From positions 27,282,001 through 27,346,000 of the forward strand of contig CM059433.1 in assembly GCA_030390025.1 (NCBI GenBank): a stretch of DNA of 64,000 bases, read 5' to 3'. Positions 50,118 through 62,937 of the stretch are shown here, piece after piece (positions within the stretch are counted from its first letter, which is position 1; each line of letters starts with the position of its first letter). The position numbers and the translations under genes were made by a program. Under the pieces are notes generated by a model. It saw only the letters and a program-made list of their open reading frames with translations, ran no database searches and had not been told where the DNA came from. This DNA is from Squalus acanthias (lineage: Eukaryota).

Positions 50118-50680
50118 ATACAACAGAAAATGCTGGAAGCACTCAGCAGGCCAGGCAGCATCCGTGGAGAGAGAAACAGAGTTAACGTTTCAGGTCTGGG
50201 ACCCTTCATCAGAACTGGAAAAGGTTAGAGATGTAACAGATTTTAAACAGGTGCAGAGGCAGGGAAAGGGGGAGGGGAGAGGAGGAAGGAATTGAAGGAA
50301 CATTCTGTGCTAGTGTAGGAGGCAGGAGAGATCAAATGTTGCAAATGGGGATGGCAGAATCATAAACAGCCTGAAAAATGGGGGCAGGGGTTATAGTCTG
50401 AAATTGTTGAACTCGATGTTGAGTCCAGAAGGCTGTAAAGTGCCTAATTGAAAGATGAGGTGCTGTTCCTCGAGCTTACGTTGAGCTTCATTGGAACAGT
50501 GTAAGAGGCCGAGGACATAGAAACATAGAAGATAGGAGCAGGAGTAGGCCATTCGGCCCCTCGAGCCTGCTCCGCCATTCAATGCGATCATGGCAGAGAG
50601 ATCAGAGTGGGAGTGGAGCGGAGAATTAAAGTGACAGGCGACCGGAAGCTCAGGGTCACCCTTACGGACTGAACGAAAGG
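50118..50680 (-). mobile_element. Penelope-like 3' fragment (GIY-YIG C-terminus) containing an 80-bp CR1-tail insertion at about 50516-50595
   Basis: LGLLHCSNEAQRKLEEQHLIFQLGTLQPSGLNIEFNNFR; interrupted by catagaaacatagaagataggagcagg... Confidence 0.82.
50180..50216 (-). ncRNA. Minimal hammerhead ribozyme motif
   Basis: Same as 39865-39901. Confidence 0.7.
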
Positions 50681-51641
50681 AAATACAACAGATGTGGATG
50701 GAGAAAAGTGTGTAAGAATTTTAACTATCTGAAGAAAAAACGCCACTAAAAATGACAGCATTACAAGCTGAAATTGAAGTAGCTTGGATGTTTTTTAAAT
50801 TGTGAAAGGTTTTGAAAGGATATTCTCTCAGGTTGGTAAGTCAGAATTTAAGCATCATTAATTTAAAATTGTCACTAAGAGAGTGAGGATAGAAGTCATT
50901 AGAGCATGAAACGCTTTGCCACAGAGACTCATTGAGGCAGGAACCACTGGATATTTTAAGGGAAAATTTTAAGGAATATTTAAAGAAGGATCCCACCGGC
51001 TCCAGGCGTGAGTCCTTGCTGCCTGCTCAGAATTACTAGTTAAAATCAAAGACAGCGGGAATGGAAATCGGCGGGTAAGTCTCCCACGCAATTTTAATAA
51101 CCGAATGGCAGGCAGAGTTAAAAGTGTCACTAAAGTAACTCGGTAGCATTCATGTTCAGTGTCCCATATGCTAGCACCCTGAACTCTCATAACCGAGACC
51201 ATTTCTCCCTGACATCTACTCTTCCTACTTTTCATCGCACGAATCCTGACTGCCTGAGTCTGCAGGATCTGGAGACTGCAGCAGATAATGAACACAATGT
51301 ATTCCTCCAGGAACAGAAAACAGCACAAAATGCCCGAGAACATCAGACTACTGAAGGGAGACATGGCAACATCCGCATTTGACACCACTTAAAGAAATCT
51401 ACAAAATACCTGATGATGATAGCATGCATTGAATGAAGGACAGCGGGTCTTGGGGGATCTGCTGGAGATGCCATTGTCAATGACTTTGCAAAGTATACAG
51501 GGCAGCATCTCAAAGGGATTAAAGGATATTCAGTTGACTCTTAACCATTGATGCAAGAATCTTTCTGATTCCTCCAAGTCTGTTCTCCTGCTGATTATTC
51601 TCAGTATCAATGGAGAAGCTAATGTGCTTGCCTCAGTCTCT

Positions 51642-52015
51642 GGGCTGGATTTTGAATGACCCATGGAGTCGGGTTTGGAGGCGTGTGGGGGGTTAAAGTA
51701 GCAGATTCGGGGGTCCCGACCCCATCCCGCTCCAACACGCCTCCATGCAATTTTGACAAAATGGGTCGCGGGGTTCCCGACTCCGTCCCGCCTCCAAGAG
51801 GCGCGAGAGGCCATTAACGCTCTTAACTATCCCTAAATTGGCTCTGTAATGCCATTTTGAAACGTTTTAGCTAGTTTAACCCTTTTCCGACATGAAGTAC
51901 GCCTGATGTGAAACACGCCAGTGAAACCTGGCGGGAGCACAAGTGGATAGCTGACTATCAGCTGCAGGTCCACTATTACAACGGAGATGTGATGAAAGTA
52001 GTAGTAGTATTAGGT
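51642..52015. mobile_element. Left arm of a Harbinger-type element
   Basis: Starts with the gggctggattttg TIR; subterminal gggtttggaggcg motif shared with the 14517 and 17953 copies. Confidence 0.65.
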
Positions 52016-52071
52016 CTGAAAGTCGCCTCTGATGCTGCTGCATTGAATGTCTTCAGAGACTGCCTGGCCGT

Positions 52072-52674
52072 TGCTGCTGTGATGGGACACAGAGGGCTGG
52101 ATTTTGTCTTGGGGTCGGGTTGGGGTCGTGTTACCCACATTTCGTGTTGCCCCCCCCCGACTCCAGATTAATGTGGATGAATGATGCAATTTTCACTTAA
52201 TTGGGCAATTGAGTTCCAGCATGTGGGAACCCATGAACCAATTAGTGGTTTCAGTCTGAAAGTCGCCTCTGATGATGTCATCATTGCAGGTCAGAGACTG
52301 CCTGCCTGGTCTCAGAGACTGCCTGGCTTTTGGTGTGAGAGGACCTGGATGCAAAAAATTTCTGTCTCTCTCAGCTGCTGCTCATTTTGCATCCAGGTCC
52401 TCTCACACCAAAAGCCAGGCAGTCTCTGAGACCAGGCAGGCAGTCTCTGACCTGCAATGATGACATCATCAGAGGCGACTTTCAGACTGAAACCACTAAT
52501 TGGTTCATGGGTTCCCACATGCTGGAACTCAATTGCCCAATTAAGTGAAAATTGCATCATTCATCCACATTAATCTGGAGTCGGGGTGGGGGGGGGCAAC
52601 ATGAAATGTGGGTAACACGACCCCAACCCGACCCCAAGACAAAATCCAGCCCTCTGTGTCCCATCACAGCAGCA
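52072..52674. repeat. Long near-perfect palindrome (arms 52072-52356 and 52385-52674, 28-nt spacer)
   Basis: Arms are reverse complements apart from about one substitution and a C-run length difference; Harbinger TIRs at 52094 and 52652 lie inside the arms. Confidence 0.95.
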
Positions 52675-55254
52675 GCAGCAGATCACGCCTTCATCTTTAC
52701 AGGACCAGGTTGCCAGAGAGCCATTGACAAAGAGTCAACCTGTCCTGTGCTCATTGCAGGACTTGGGGGCCCTGAGAAGGGCCACTTCCATCCCAAGATG
52801 CTCATAACATTTTTCAACAGCCCAGGCCCTCAAATGGCATGTAGAAAAATATGCGTGGTCACAAGAGATGTGCATGGTGACAGCAGCAAAGGATGTTTTT
52901 GTAAATAGTTATAATAAATCACTGGAATATTTGATGAAAGGACTGCTTAGTGCTTGGTTCTCTTGTATGGCACTGGGGAACAGGTAATGTGTGAATGTTA
53001 AAGCTCAGGATTAGGATGTCCTGACTAACTGTGAGGAACCAGGATTTTATATAGACCATTCAGAGTTTTCTGAGAGGAGGCAGATTTATGATCGGCTGAG
53101 ACTTCCCAAATAATAGTTCTGCATTCATCTGTGAAGATGTGGTGAATGAGTCTGTCTCTCAGGTGTCTCGCAATTGTTGCCACTGCACCTTCTTCCTGTT
53201 CTTCTGATCAGTCAGTAAAAAACTACTTTGAAAACTGAAGAGAACAGTTTTTCCCTAAAAGAACTTGCATTTATACAAGGAGGGATTTTAACTCCTGGGA
53301 TGTGCTGCTAGAGGCCTGGTCCATTTTAACGGCTGGGCCTCCTTAATATAGATGCAGCGAGATGCCCGCATGAAACGGGCATCTAGCGGCAGCTCACTGG
53401 GTTCCAGCCTTAATGTTTTTTGGAGTTCTCTTAATGTCAGGGAAGCACCTCCGGCCTACTACCTCTTACAAATATTGTGCGCAAGTTTCTCATGCAACAA
53501 GATTGAATGAATTAACTGAAGTTTAGTAATTGAGGACTGTCTCCCAGGTGGCATTGGACAGCTGATGTTAGAGATCTGGTGTCACCATGTTACTGCGGAG
53601 GAAGTGGTTTTAAGTTTCTATATGCAAGTGTTGTTCGGGGAAATGACTGCACATACTGTAAGACCCCTAGTTTGTGTCCCATTAAATCAGAATGCACTGT
53701 GAAGGATGAGATACACAACTCTTAATTTTAGAGGGTGAAGAGTGTGCTGGTGCCCACGGTCCTCAAGGTAGGAAAGGGAGAGTAACCAGTGTGTCCTGGT
53801 CATGTCTTTGAATTCCCTGAAGCACTAGTCTGCAGTTACAGTGGTGAGAGAGTTGGCACTCAATACCAGTCTCACTGGGAGAAGGCTTGTGTGAATCATA
53901 AATGCCAGCATAGACCAGTTGGACCGAATGGCCTTTTTCTGTGCTGTAGATCGATGTAACTCGATGTAACACCTCCCACCTCATGGCACAAGTGATATTT
54001 TTTGAGGCTTCCTCAGATGGAGACCAGCAGGCTCTCTCTCCTCTGATCAATCTCCTCAGGGAGGGTTTGGAGGTCACTCTCACTAAAATTGTGAGCTCTT
54101 CTTTTGTTCCTTCTTGCAATGTCCTTCTCTCTTCTTGGGCATTCTGTGCCTGATCCTCCAGTGGTAGACATTCTTGAAAAGCGGGACAAAAATTACACAT
54201 GAACCATCCAGTGCAGCTACCTGATAGTGAACTCAGTGATCCAAGCACTTTCCTACTTACTTGCATGCTCCCCCAGCCTGCTGCTGCAATCTTCAGCCAA
54301 AGTTGGCTTTATAAAAGCTGCATTCTAATTTTCAAGCACCCCAGCACATTACTCCTGTTTTAGATGGGATTTGCATTGGAGATCCTCAAATGGATATGCA
54401 AATGAGCTGATCCTCAAAATTCTGGCAGATTCGGCTCTGTAGAGCCTCAACGGATGCAACTCCAGACGTACTGGTGTAAATTTGGTGCAACTCACTGTGT
54501 GGAAATTTGGGGCCTATTTTTAGACAATCCTACATAATGCTGTAGCATATGAACCTGTTCCTAGTCATTCAAATTATTGCGAATCTAAATCAACAGCTGG
54601 CTTAAATGCACAGGAAAGTTTGGAACAAGAGTGGAAAACCCAGAAAATGTTTGCATCACATAAGATGGTTAACATAGCAGTAGAGGTCAGAAATGCACAA
54701 GGGAGCAGTAAAAGTAAAGAGGTAATTGGAAGTAGTCACTAAAAAAACAAATCCTGAAACATGCAACTGGGAAAACTGAGTACAGGTGGGTCAAGGCTTA
54801 CAGACAGCAAGCAGGAAGACAACATACAGCAGCAAGGGAAAGTTGGAAATGAGACAGAGGCAGCTGAGATTGGAAGGAATTGAGGCATAGCAGCAGACCA
54901 GATGAAGATGAGAAGAAGCTTTTTCTGGAAAAGCAAGCAGCATCATTGCCAACAACCAGAGCAGAGAGAAACAGAGGAAGCCAAAGTGGGCCTTACCCTG
55001 AGTTTCAAAACAGCTACACTCTGGCTCTGGTTTGTAAAGCTAATTGAGCAGATGTTCTGTCAATTAGCATGTGTAGTCTGTGTGATTTGAATAGCTGATC
55101 TCATCTGTATATTTTAGTATTGATTTCTAATGTAAGACAAATAAGCATTCATCATAATACCCTGAAATAACTCCAAAGAACAGATGATGTAATAAGTGAT
55201 TTAATTTAAAATGTTTTGTCTACTTTGTTTCATTATTGAGTAAACAAGAGCCAG

Positions 55255-55650
55255 ATCGGCTCACTCTCACCTGGGTCAGACAGTTGTGAGTTAAAGCCCC
55301 ACTACATACTTGAGCACATAATTTCAGACTGACTCTTCAATGCAGTACTAAGGGAATTCTCCATTGTCAGAGGTGCTGCCTTTTGGAGGAGATATTAAAC
55401 CAAAGCCCCATCTGCCTGCTCAGATGGATGTTAAAAATCCCATAGCACTATTTGATGAAGAAGTGGGAAGTATCCTGGCCAAGATCACTCCCTCAGCCAA
55501 CACCACCACAAACAGATTAACTGGTTATTAATTCATTTGGAGCTTTCCTGTGTGTTGCATTTGCCTACAGTATGACAGTGACTGCACTTTAAAAGTAATC
55601 CACTGGTAGTAAATTGGTCACATCCTGAGGATGTGATAAGGCATTATATA
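55255..55650 (+). mobile_element. Older degenerate DeuSINE copy
   Basis: Colinear with the reverse complement of 21352-21810. Confidence 0.65.
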
Positions 55651-57517
55651 CTGGGAAAAGTAAAGTTAAAACCAATGGTAACTTTCGATGTGAGGTATGC
55701 ATGTGGAAACTTTGTAAGTTGGTAGTAGAAAATCACTTACATGGCTTCACTAATACCTCATTTATAATAAGGGAATAGATGAGTGAAAGCATCGGTATGG
55801 CCTCCAATGGCCACTATCTAACTGTATGATTTTATGAATGCAATTCGCAGACATAATTTTCCCATCAATATAAATAACGGCAGTGCTGAAAATGAAGAAC
55901 ATATAGCTGCTGCTAACCTGGCTAAACAATGCCGACCTGCTATCAGTACTGCAGTGGTTCCATTGCATTTGCTGGTATGATTTTTCTCCATTAATGTATC
56001 TGTACATGTATAGCTTTTTTTTAATGTGTTTTCCTCCTACACTTCTCACATTAGTGGAGAAGTGCTGCTCTGGGTATATAAAATGTATGAATGCTTTGAT
56101 AGGTTAGCAAAAGAGTAACAGGTTATACAGAAACACTTTGTGGCATTCATATTTGGGGCAGCTATTTGGCATAGAAAGGTTTTTGAGATTTAACCATGAC
56201 AGTTTTCTCAGGTCTGCCATCTTTTTGCATATTTACAGTCAGGTCCTTTGAGTGCTGGTGACAACATTAACCCTGTTAGTTGTCTGTTGTCAGGCTTGCT
56301 GTACCAGTCTTTTCTGTATAGAATGCTCTGTATTACTATCCTTTCCCTATCTGCAACTTAAGCAGCATCTATAAATTTGGCTGTGCGTGAGTGAAAAGCC
56401 TAAACTGACCAGAAATCTTCCAGCTCAAAACCCCTTCCCTTCTGTTGCAGGCAATAATGCTGAAGTTTAAATACCACCTGCAGCCCTTTAAATCAATGGC
56501 ATCAGTGGAACTGGTGCAAACGCTCTACTAGGTAGCTCTAGTGCAGTGGAAGTTTATATTGAATAGTTAACATTTCCAAATCCGGAATATCAGGAGTAAA
56601 TGGCTTTGCAAGTACAGTCAGCAGAAACAATAGCATCACACCGTATACCCCTGTTTTGAACACAAACAAGAATTTACAAGTTCTAATGTCTGTCATTTTT
56701 TTTGGCAACTTCATCCTTTCTTATTTTGACTCGAGCTGGTGTATAGTTCCATGGGTACGAGCAGCCATCCAGTACTGATTTCTTTCTTTAATAAACAGAG
56801 CTGGATAAATATAGAGATAGAAATTATTGCAGAAAAGGAAGCCATTTGTCCATTGTATCTGTGCTGGTGCTAGCTCTAAAAGTGGAGCTATGTACTCTAA
56901 TCCCATTTCTCTGTCCTTTCCTCATATCATTTTATATTCTTCCTTTCAAATACCTATCCAATTTCATTTTAAATGAAGTTCAATAGCCACTTGTGGTAAA
57001 GTATCCCAAGTCCTAATAAACCACTGCACGAAAGAATGGACGCAAATTTTGGATCCGTAACACCCATTTTTTGGGCGCTATGAGTGCCCTTAGGGTTCCA
57101 AAATGGCATCTGCGGCACGTGTGCACACTTGTGGGGTGAATCGCACCGGATGCCGTATTGGTGAGGCCATTAGCACGTGTGCAGTGAATGTCCACTGGAA
57201 GTATACCGAGCAGACAGATCATGACGTCATGCCATTTTGGAACTCAACACTCCAGCTAACACCCTCTCTCAACTTCACACAGCTGAACACGCGTTCAGCA
57301 GCAGGAAGGACCCCCACCAGCGCTATTTAAAGGGATCATCAACTACTTACAGGTTAGTTGCTGGTTGATTGCTTCTGGCTGTTGCTACGCTTCTACAAGT
57401 CTTTGGTGCTTTCTATAGTTGTTTAAAGTTGCCAAAGTCTACAGGAAGTGGCGTGGCACATGCTGAAGCACTTTTTCCTGACTTCAAGGCTTCTGCACAA
57501 ACCACTTGCTTCCAGAA

Positions 57518-58590
57518 ATGGGTGCACTAGTAGGAATTCCCCTTGGAATACAGCATGACTTGGAGAATGAACAGAAAGCACGCAGAGCAGGACAAGCTGC
57601 TGGAAGAGGGAGGAGGAGGGGGAGAAGGGCTCTCAGCAGGAGGCCATATCCGCCCAGGGTGTTCAGCGAGCAATTCTCCTACCTAAACCTCAGCGAGAAA
57701 CAACGTGTGAGATGTCTGCGCTTCAGTAAGGACGTTATCACTGAAATCTGCCATCTGCTGCAGCCACAACTGCAACCTCAGAGCAGGACAAGGACCACAT
57801 TGCCAGTGGCTGTGAAGGTGACCGTGGTGATGAATTTTATGCGTCGGGCTCCTTCCAGGCTGGAGCTGGAGATATTTGCAACATATCGCAGTTTGCCGTT
57901 CAATGTTGCATAAGGAAGGTCACTATTCAAAGAGAGCTGACTACATTTCATTCTCTCTTGCCAGAGAGCAACAGGCAGAGCGAGCACGCGGCTTCGCTGG
58001 GATTGCAGGCCTCCCCATGATGCAGGGTGCCACATATGCATACACATCGCTTTGCGGGTGCCGCATGTCACTCTGCCATGTACCGGAACTGAAAGAGATT
58101 CCATTCCTCAACATCCAGCTGGTGTGCGATCATAGGCAGCGAACCATGCAGGTCATTGCCCGGCATCCTGGCAGCAGTCATGATGTCTTCATTCTGCAGC
58201 CGTCCACTATGAGATCTGCATTCGAGTCACCACGGCAAACCAAAGGGTGGCTACTGGGCAATAAGGGCTATCCACTGACAACATGGCTGATGACTCTGGT
58301 GCGCAACCCACACACACGTGTGCAACATGCATACAATGAAAGCCATGCTGCCACACGAAATGTGATAGAGCAGACCATTGGTTCCGCTGTCTGGACCGCT
58401 CTGGAGGAGCCCTGCAGTACTCAGCAGAGTGGGTGTCAAGATTCATGGAGGTCTGCTGAATGCTGCACAACCTCGCCATCATGAGGGCATAGCCCTTGCC
58501 ACCAGCTATACAGCGAACAGCTGAGGAGGAGGAGGAGGCAACCTTGACAGCCCCTTTCTGGCCGGGCTGACCGTGAAAACCCCATCTGAG
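57518..58590 (+). pseudogene. HARBI1-like DDE transposase, frameshifted
   Basis: LSEKQRVRCLRFSK, LPVAVKVT, LNIQLVCDH, HPGSSHD, WLLGNKGYPL..WLMT, YNESHAATRNVIEQTIG. Confidence 0.85.
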
Positions 58591-58789
58591 TGCGATACCA
58601 GAAATCGTAACCCCACTTCCCCATTCACCAGCAGTCCGACACCTTACTTTTCCTTTGTCACTGACAATCACAATGTCCGCGTGGACACAATGCAAAAATA
58701 AAAGCCTCGACAAAATAAACTTTCCAAACCACATTTTTGAATCAAATCATGCCATATTGCATACAAATATAAACTAATCACCCTTGTGC

Positions 58790-60570
58790 ATTCCCTTAGT
58801 GCCTGTCTTCCATGTGCCTTTGCCTGTCCTAGTGCTCCTGTGAGTCGCTACCCCAGTGGTTGCAGCATGGCTGGCGGAAGGCTGCTGATTTTCAGTGGAG
58901 GAGACTGCAGATGGCCTTGGAGGACGACCTCGAGCAGCTCTGGGCCTGAGAGGACTGCAGGTTTGTTCTCCACGGAGCCACTGTCAATCCCCCGGGGCAG
59001 CGCCTTAGCAATCCTAGTAATCTGCTGGAGGACAGATTGCTGGACTGCTGTGACACCCTGCAAGCCACTTTGAACACTGGAATACAGAGCCATGATGGCA
59101 GCAGTCTGAACTTCCACTGCAGCACTCAGATGTTAGGTGGCTGCTGCTTGAGCTCCAAGGTAAGCTGAGACATCAGCCATCAGAGGCTGCAACATGTTTG
59201 GGTCCACAAGTGTGCTAATGGAATTGGCCACCACTTCCAAGCTGGAAAGGATGGGCTCCAAGCTCTAAACAAAGCCCTGTGCCAAGTTGGTGCCGGACTC
59301 CTCCATGCTCCTTGACATAGCACACAGGCTTTCTGACAGGCTTCCCAATGCACGAAGCATTTCATTGTGCATACCCATTAGCATTCTTCTGCAACCTGCC
59401 CCATCAGAGTGTTCATCTGTTGTGCATACCCATCAGCCTTCTTCTGTAACCTGCCCCAGCGAAGTGCGCATCTGAGTCCTCTGCAGCAGAACTCATGTGT
59501 AACCTCACCCTCTGGCGAGCTGGCACCTGCACTATCCTTGCTCCCTGCCCTGGCTGCAGACAACTCGTGCCCGGTGGCTCACCACATGCAGATTCCCCCT
59601 CTATGCTATCCTCTAAATTACACGCAGTGTCAGTATTTGAGCTGGTGGCTGCGAGTGTGAAATCGAGTGAAAGTGTATCTTCATCATCACTGTCTTGTTG
59701 CTCTTCCACCACTGCCTGGCCAGGTTGCAGTTCTTAGGTATGTGAGAGGAAAAAGGCACAAGGGTAAGGTTGTGATGAGGGGTGGGGGGAAAGCAAGAAG
59801 TACATGCTTCTACCATCTGCAGCTTAGAAATCAGAAGAGATTGTGGGATGAGGGGGAAGTGGGATGTGAGAAGGAGGATTAGGTGTGAGGATACCGTCAC
59901 CATCTATGCTTTGCCCTGCCGCTGGCCACAGCCTCAGCAATGATCGTTCCAATAATGGCCAGCACTGTCTCCTGCATGGGGGTTAGGACATGCATGTGCA
60001 CCTGTCCCCCATCGGTTAGCTCCTGCTACCTCTGGTTGTGCGTTACCTTGTCCTGCAAGAGAGAGGGAAGTGTGTCAGTGAGTGTCGTGCAATCTGTTTT
60101 GGTGATGTGGCTGTCATGGTTGAATAGCTGGCAGAGTGTGCAAGCTGTGAGATGTAGGTGTGAGGCTTGTAGCAGTGCTAAATGTGTGAGACTGAGGTGA
60201 AGCTGTGAAAGTTAGGTATGAGTCCTGATTGATAGAGGTTATTGGTAGGTGAGTGATGGGGATGTGGTGCACTGAGCAGTAGCTGAGGCTAGTGGTGCAG
60301 GTGGTAGGATATGACATTTGAAGATTCATTAACTGACCTTGACCATTCGTGTGAGGTCACTAAACTTCTTGCGGCAATGCATCCAGGTCCTCGGGGCTTG
60401 ACTCCTGGCATTGACCGCCACAGCTATCTGCTCCCAGTGCCTTGTGGGCGTGAGTTTGAAGGGCCCCCTGGCCCCCTGTGGATACAGTACATCTTTCTTC
60501 CATTCCACCTCCTCCACCAAGGCCTCCAAGTGCAGCAATGGAAAAACTTGGAGCCCGCTCTCTTCCATAT
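58790..60570 (-). pseudogene. Harbinger Myb/SANT-like DNA-binding gene, multi-exon, decayed
   Basis: LEALVEEVEWKKDVLY...WEQIAVAVNARS..PRTWMHCRKKFSDLTR|gtcagt; later exons homologous to 45700-46490. Confidence 0.8.
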
Positions 60571-61358
60571 TATGCCATTATTGAGCGTTTCCCAGGTCAG
60601 AATCAGTTGTAGAATGACTTCCAGCACCTGCTCCAGCCAAAATGCATCTTCCCTTTAAGAGGTGCAGGCAAGCTTTAAGCAATGCAGACTAGCTTTAACT
60701 GGTGCTAGCCTCTCACGATTTTGGATCCCCTGCTGATGTGTACATCCAATCAATAGCGTGGTTAGCATCTGAAATCATGTAAATGAGCAGGCACCACAAA
60801 GTTGGCATGCTGCCTGCATTAAATTGAACGGGCGCCAGTTAATCGCGCATCGCAATCCCTTCACCCGTTTTTATGGGTTATCGAATTTAGCTCCCATAGT
60901 CTTCTAACATCCCCTTCATTCTTCCAAAGAGAATCAGTCCATGACCCTCTTACAACCAATTTTCCAACCAACAGAAATAATTTTCCCTCTTGATAACTTG
61001 GAATTTTGAAAAGCTCCATATGTCCTCATTAACTTTCTCTGTTGCAATGAGAAAAGCCTCAATTTTTTGAACCTTTTTTCATAATAAATCTCTCATTCTC
61101 AGTTTCTTTTCAGTGAATCTTCTCTGTACCCTTTCCATGACTTGATTCTTTCCTATAATGTGGTTCCAGAACGCTACTCAATGTTCCAATTACGGCATAA
61201 ATTTTGGGATAGGAGCAGAAATGAAAGCTAGAAAGTTAAGCAAATAGATGATAAATACTGAATGGAGCCTAATGATTCATAACATCTTGAAAAAATATCC
61301 ATTTTCAGAATACTACTACTCAAAATTGAATAATGTAATATTAAATAAATATCCTGAA

Positions 61359-61558
61359 GGTTGAAATTCCTCTTTGCACTATATTTAGTGCGCAGGTTAA
61401 TACATTCACATCAAATTCCTGTGTGTATTATTTTAACAAAGTTGTTGACCAATATATTTTAAATGGGTTATTGACTTCATCAAAATAGCACATACAGGAA
61501 TTTGAATGCAAACATGTTAACCACTGCACTAAAAATACCATATAGAGGAATTTTAACT
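61359..61558. mobile_element. About 200-bp AT-rich MITE
   Basis: ggttgaaattcctct / agaggaattttaact inverted ends. Confidence 0.5.
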
Positions 61559-62376
61559 CCTTCGAGTTTTGCTAGATTACTATCAGAATCAGGAAAAAAA
61601 ACTTCACAGAACTTTATCTTCATGGAAATGTGAACTCTGTACTTAGTCAGCTCCCTCGCGGGATTAAATAATTTGAGGAAAGACGGTAACATTATAAATT
61701 GTACTTAGGGTTGCCACTATCTAGTTTTAGACAGTATCTGGAAAACACTAAAATGTAAACCAACACCAAAAGTTCACTTCTTAAGAATAGAAATTCATAT
61801 CATCCACTTCACTGTTTTGAAGCTTTCAATGCCTTATGTTCATCACCAAAGAAAATGGCAGAACTCATGCCATGAAACCATTCCCATGCCCATCTGAGCC
61901 CTGCCCCTCTTCTGTTTTAGACTTTTCAGCAGCTGGAATTATAGAGGTTTACTACACAGCAGGAGGCCGTTTAGCCCATTGCCTTTGTGCCAGCTGAACA
62001 AGAGTTCCATATGTATGGCATTAAATCCATAGTCATTCTCAAGTAATGCAGTGTTGAGTTACATGAAGACATTGTTTTCCGTTTCTCAGTGCTTTCTGCA
62101 CAATAATGAACTAGTAATGATGAAAATGATTGGAAAGTATCAAGAGAAGGTAGCTAAAAGGAATTAAATAAAAAGTCATGGAATTTAAGTGTGTAAAAAT
62201 TACACCATATTGTCTAGGGCATTCTACACTGATTTCAGCATTTTATTCACACAATTATTTAGAAATTAGATTTGTTGTATTTATTTTAGTATGAAACTCC
62301 TTTTGGGGGCCATCTTCAACCTTGCACAAGGATCTTTTTTGTTGCAAGTATATAAAGAAGAAAAAACACTATTTAC

Positions 62377-62937
62377 CTTCACAAAGTTTCTGTTTCATTA
62401 TTTCTCTAATTCTGGCGATACCAGTGTAGTCCTCTACATAGAACACATATGTGGATGACGGTTTATTAGCAATTGCCTGAAGTTCTGCATCTTCTATTTC
62501 CTCACCAACTCCAATTGCAAACAATATAATTTTCTTTTTCCTTGCTTCCTCTGCTGAGTCCTTCACATCATCCTGGGACTTTCCATCCGTAAGTACAACT
62601 GCTACTTTTGTCACGGCATTAGCAGCCCTGGTCGAGGTAGCAAACACATTGTTAACTCCAAATGTTATAGCTTTTCCTGTTCTAGTGTTTCCACCCCTAT
62701 ATAAAATGGCCTCCATTGCTTTCATCAGGTCTTCATTGGACCTATATTTTTCCAATGGGATTTCTAGCAAAGGATCATCACTATATTGTACGACACCCAC
62801 TTGTGTAAACGTAGTCCCTATTTCAAAACTGCTGGATATGTTGATAATCCAGTTTTTGACTATTTCAAAATTATCCGGCCCTACACTAAATGAGCCATCC
62901 AAAATGAAAACTAAGTCATTTGGAGCAGTTCTGCAGC
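62377..62937 (-). CDS. COL21A1: Collagen alpha-1(XXI) chain, vWA-domain exon (561 nt, phase 1-1)
   Basis: CRTAPNDLVFILDGSFSVG...VLTDGKSQDDV...ANKPSSTYVFYVEDY...KQKLCE with MIDAS DxSxS; closely matches the COL21A1 vWA as recalled; acceptor ttcttctag|GC, donor GAAG|gtaaat. Confidence 0.95.

Larger units (their letters stand above)
57038..60895. mobile_element. Near full-length decayed PIF/Harbinger transposon inserted in an old CR1 3' end (CR1 at about 56825-57037 and 60896-61200)
   Basis: Ends ggacgcaaatttt / tcgaatttagctccc; convergent transposase (+) and Myb-like (-) genes. Confidence 0.88.
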
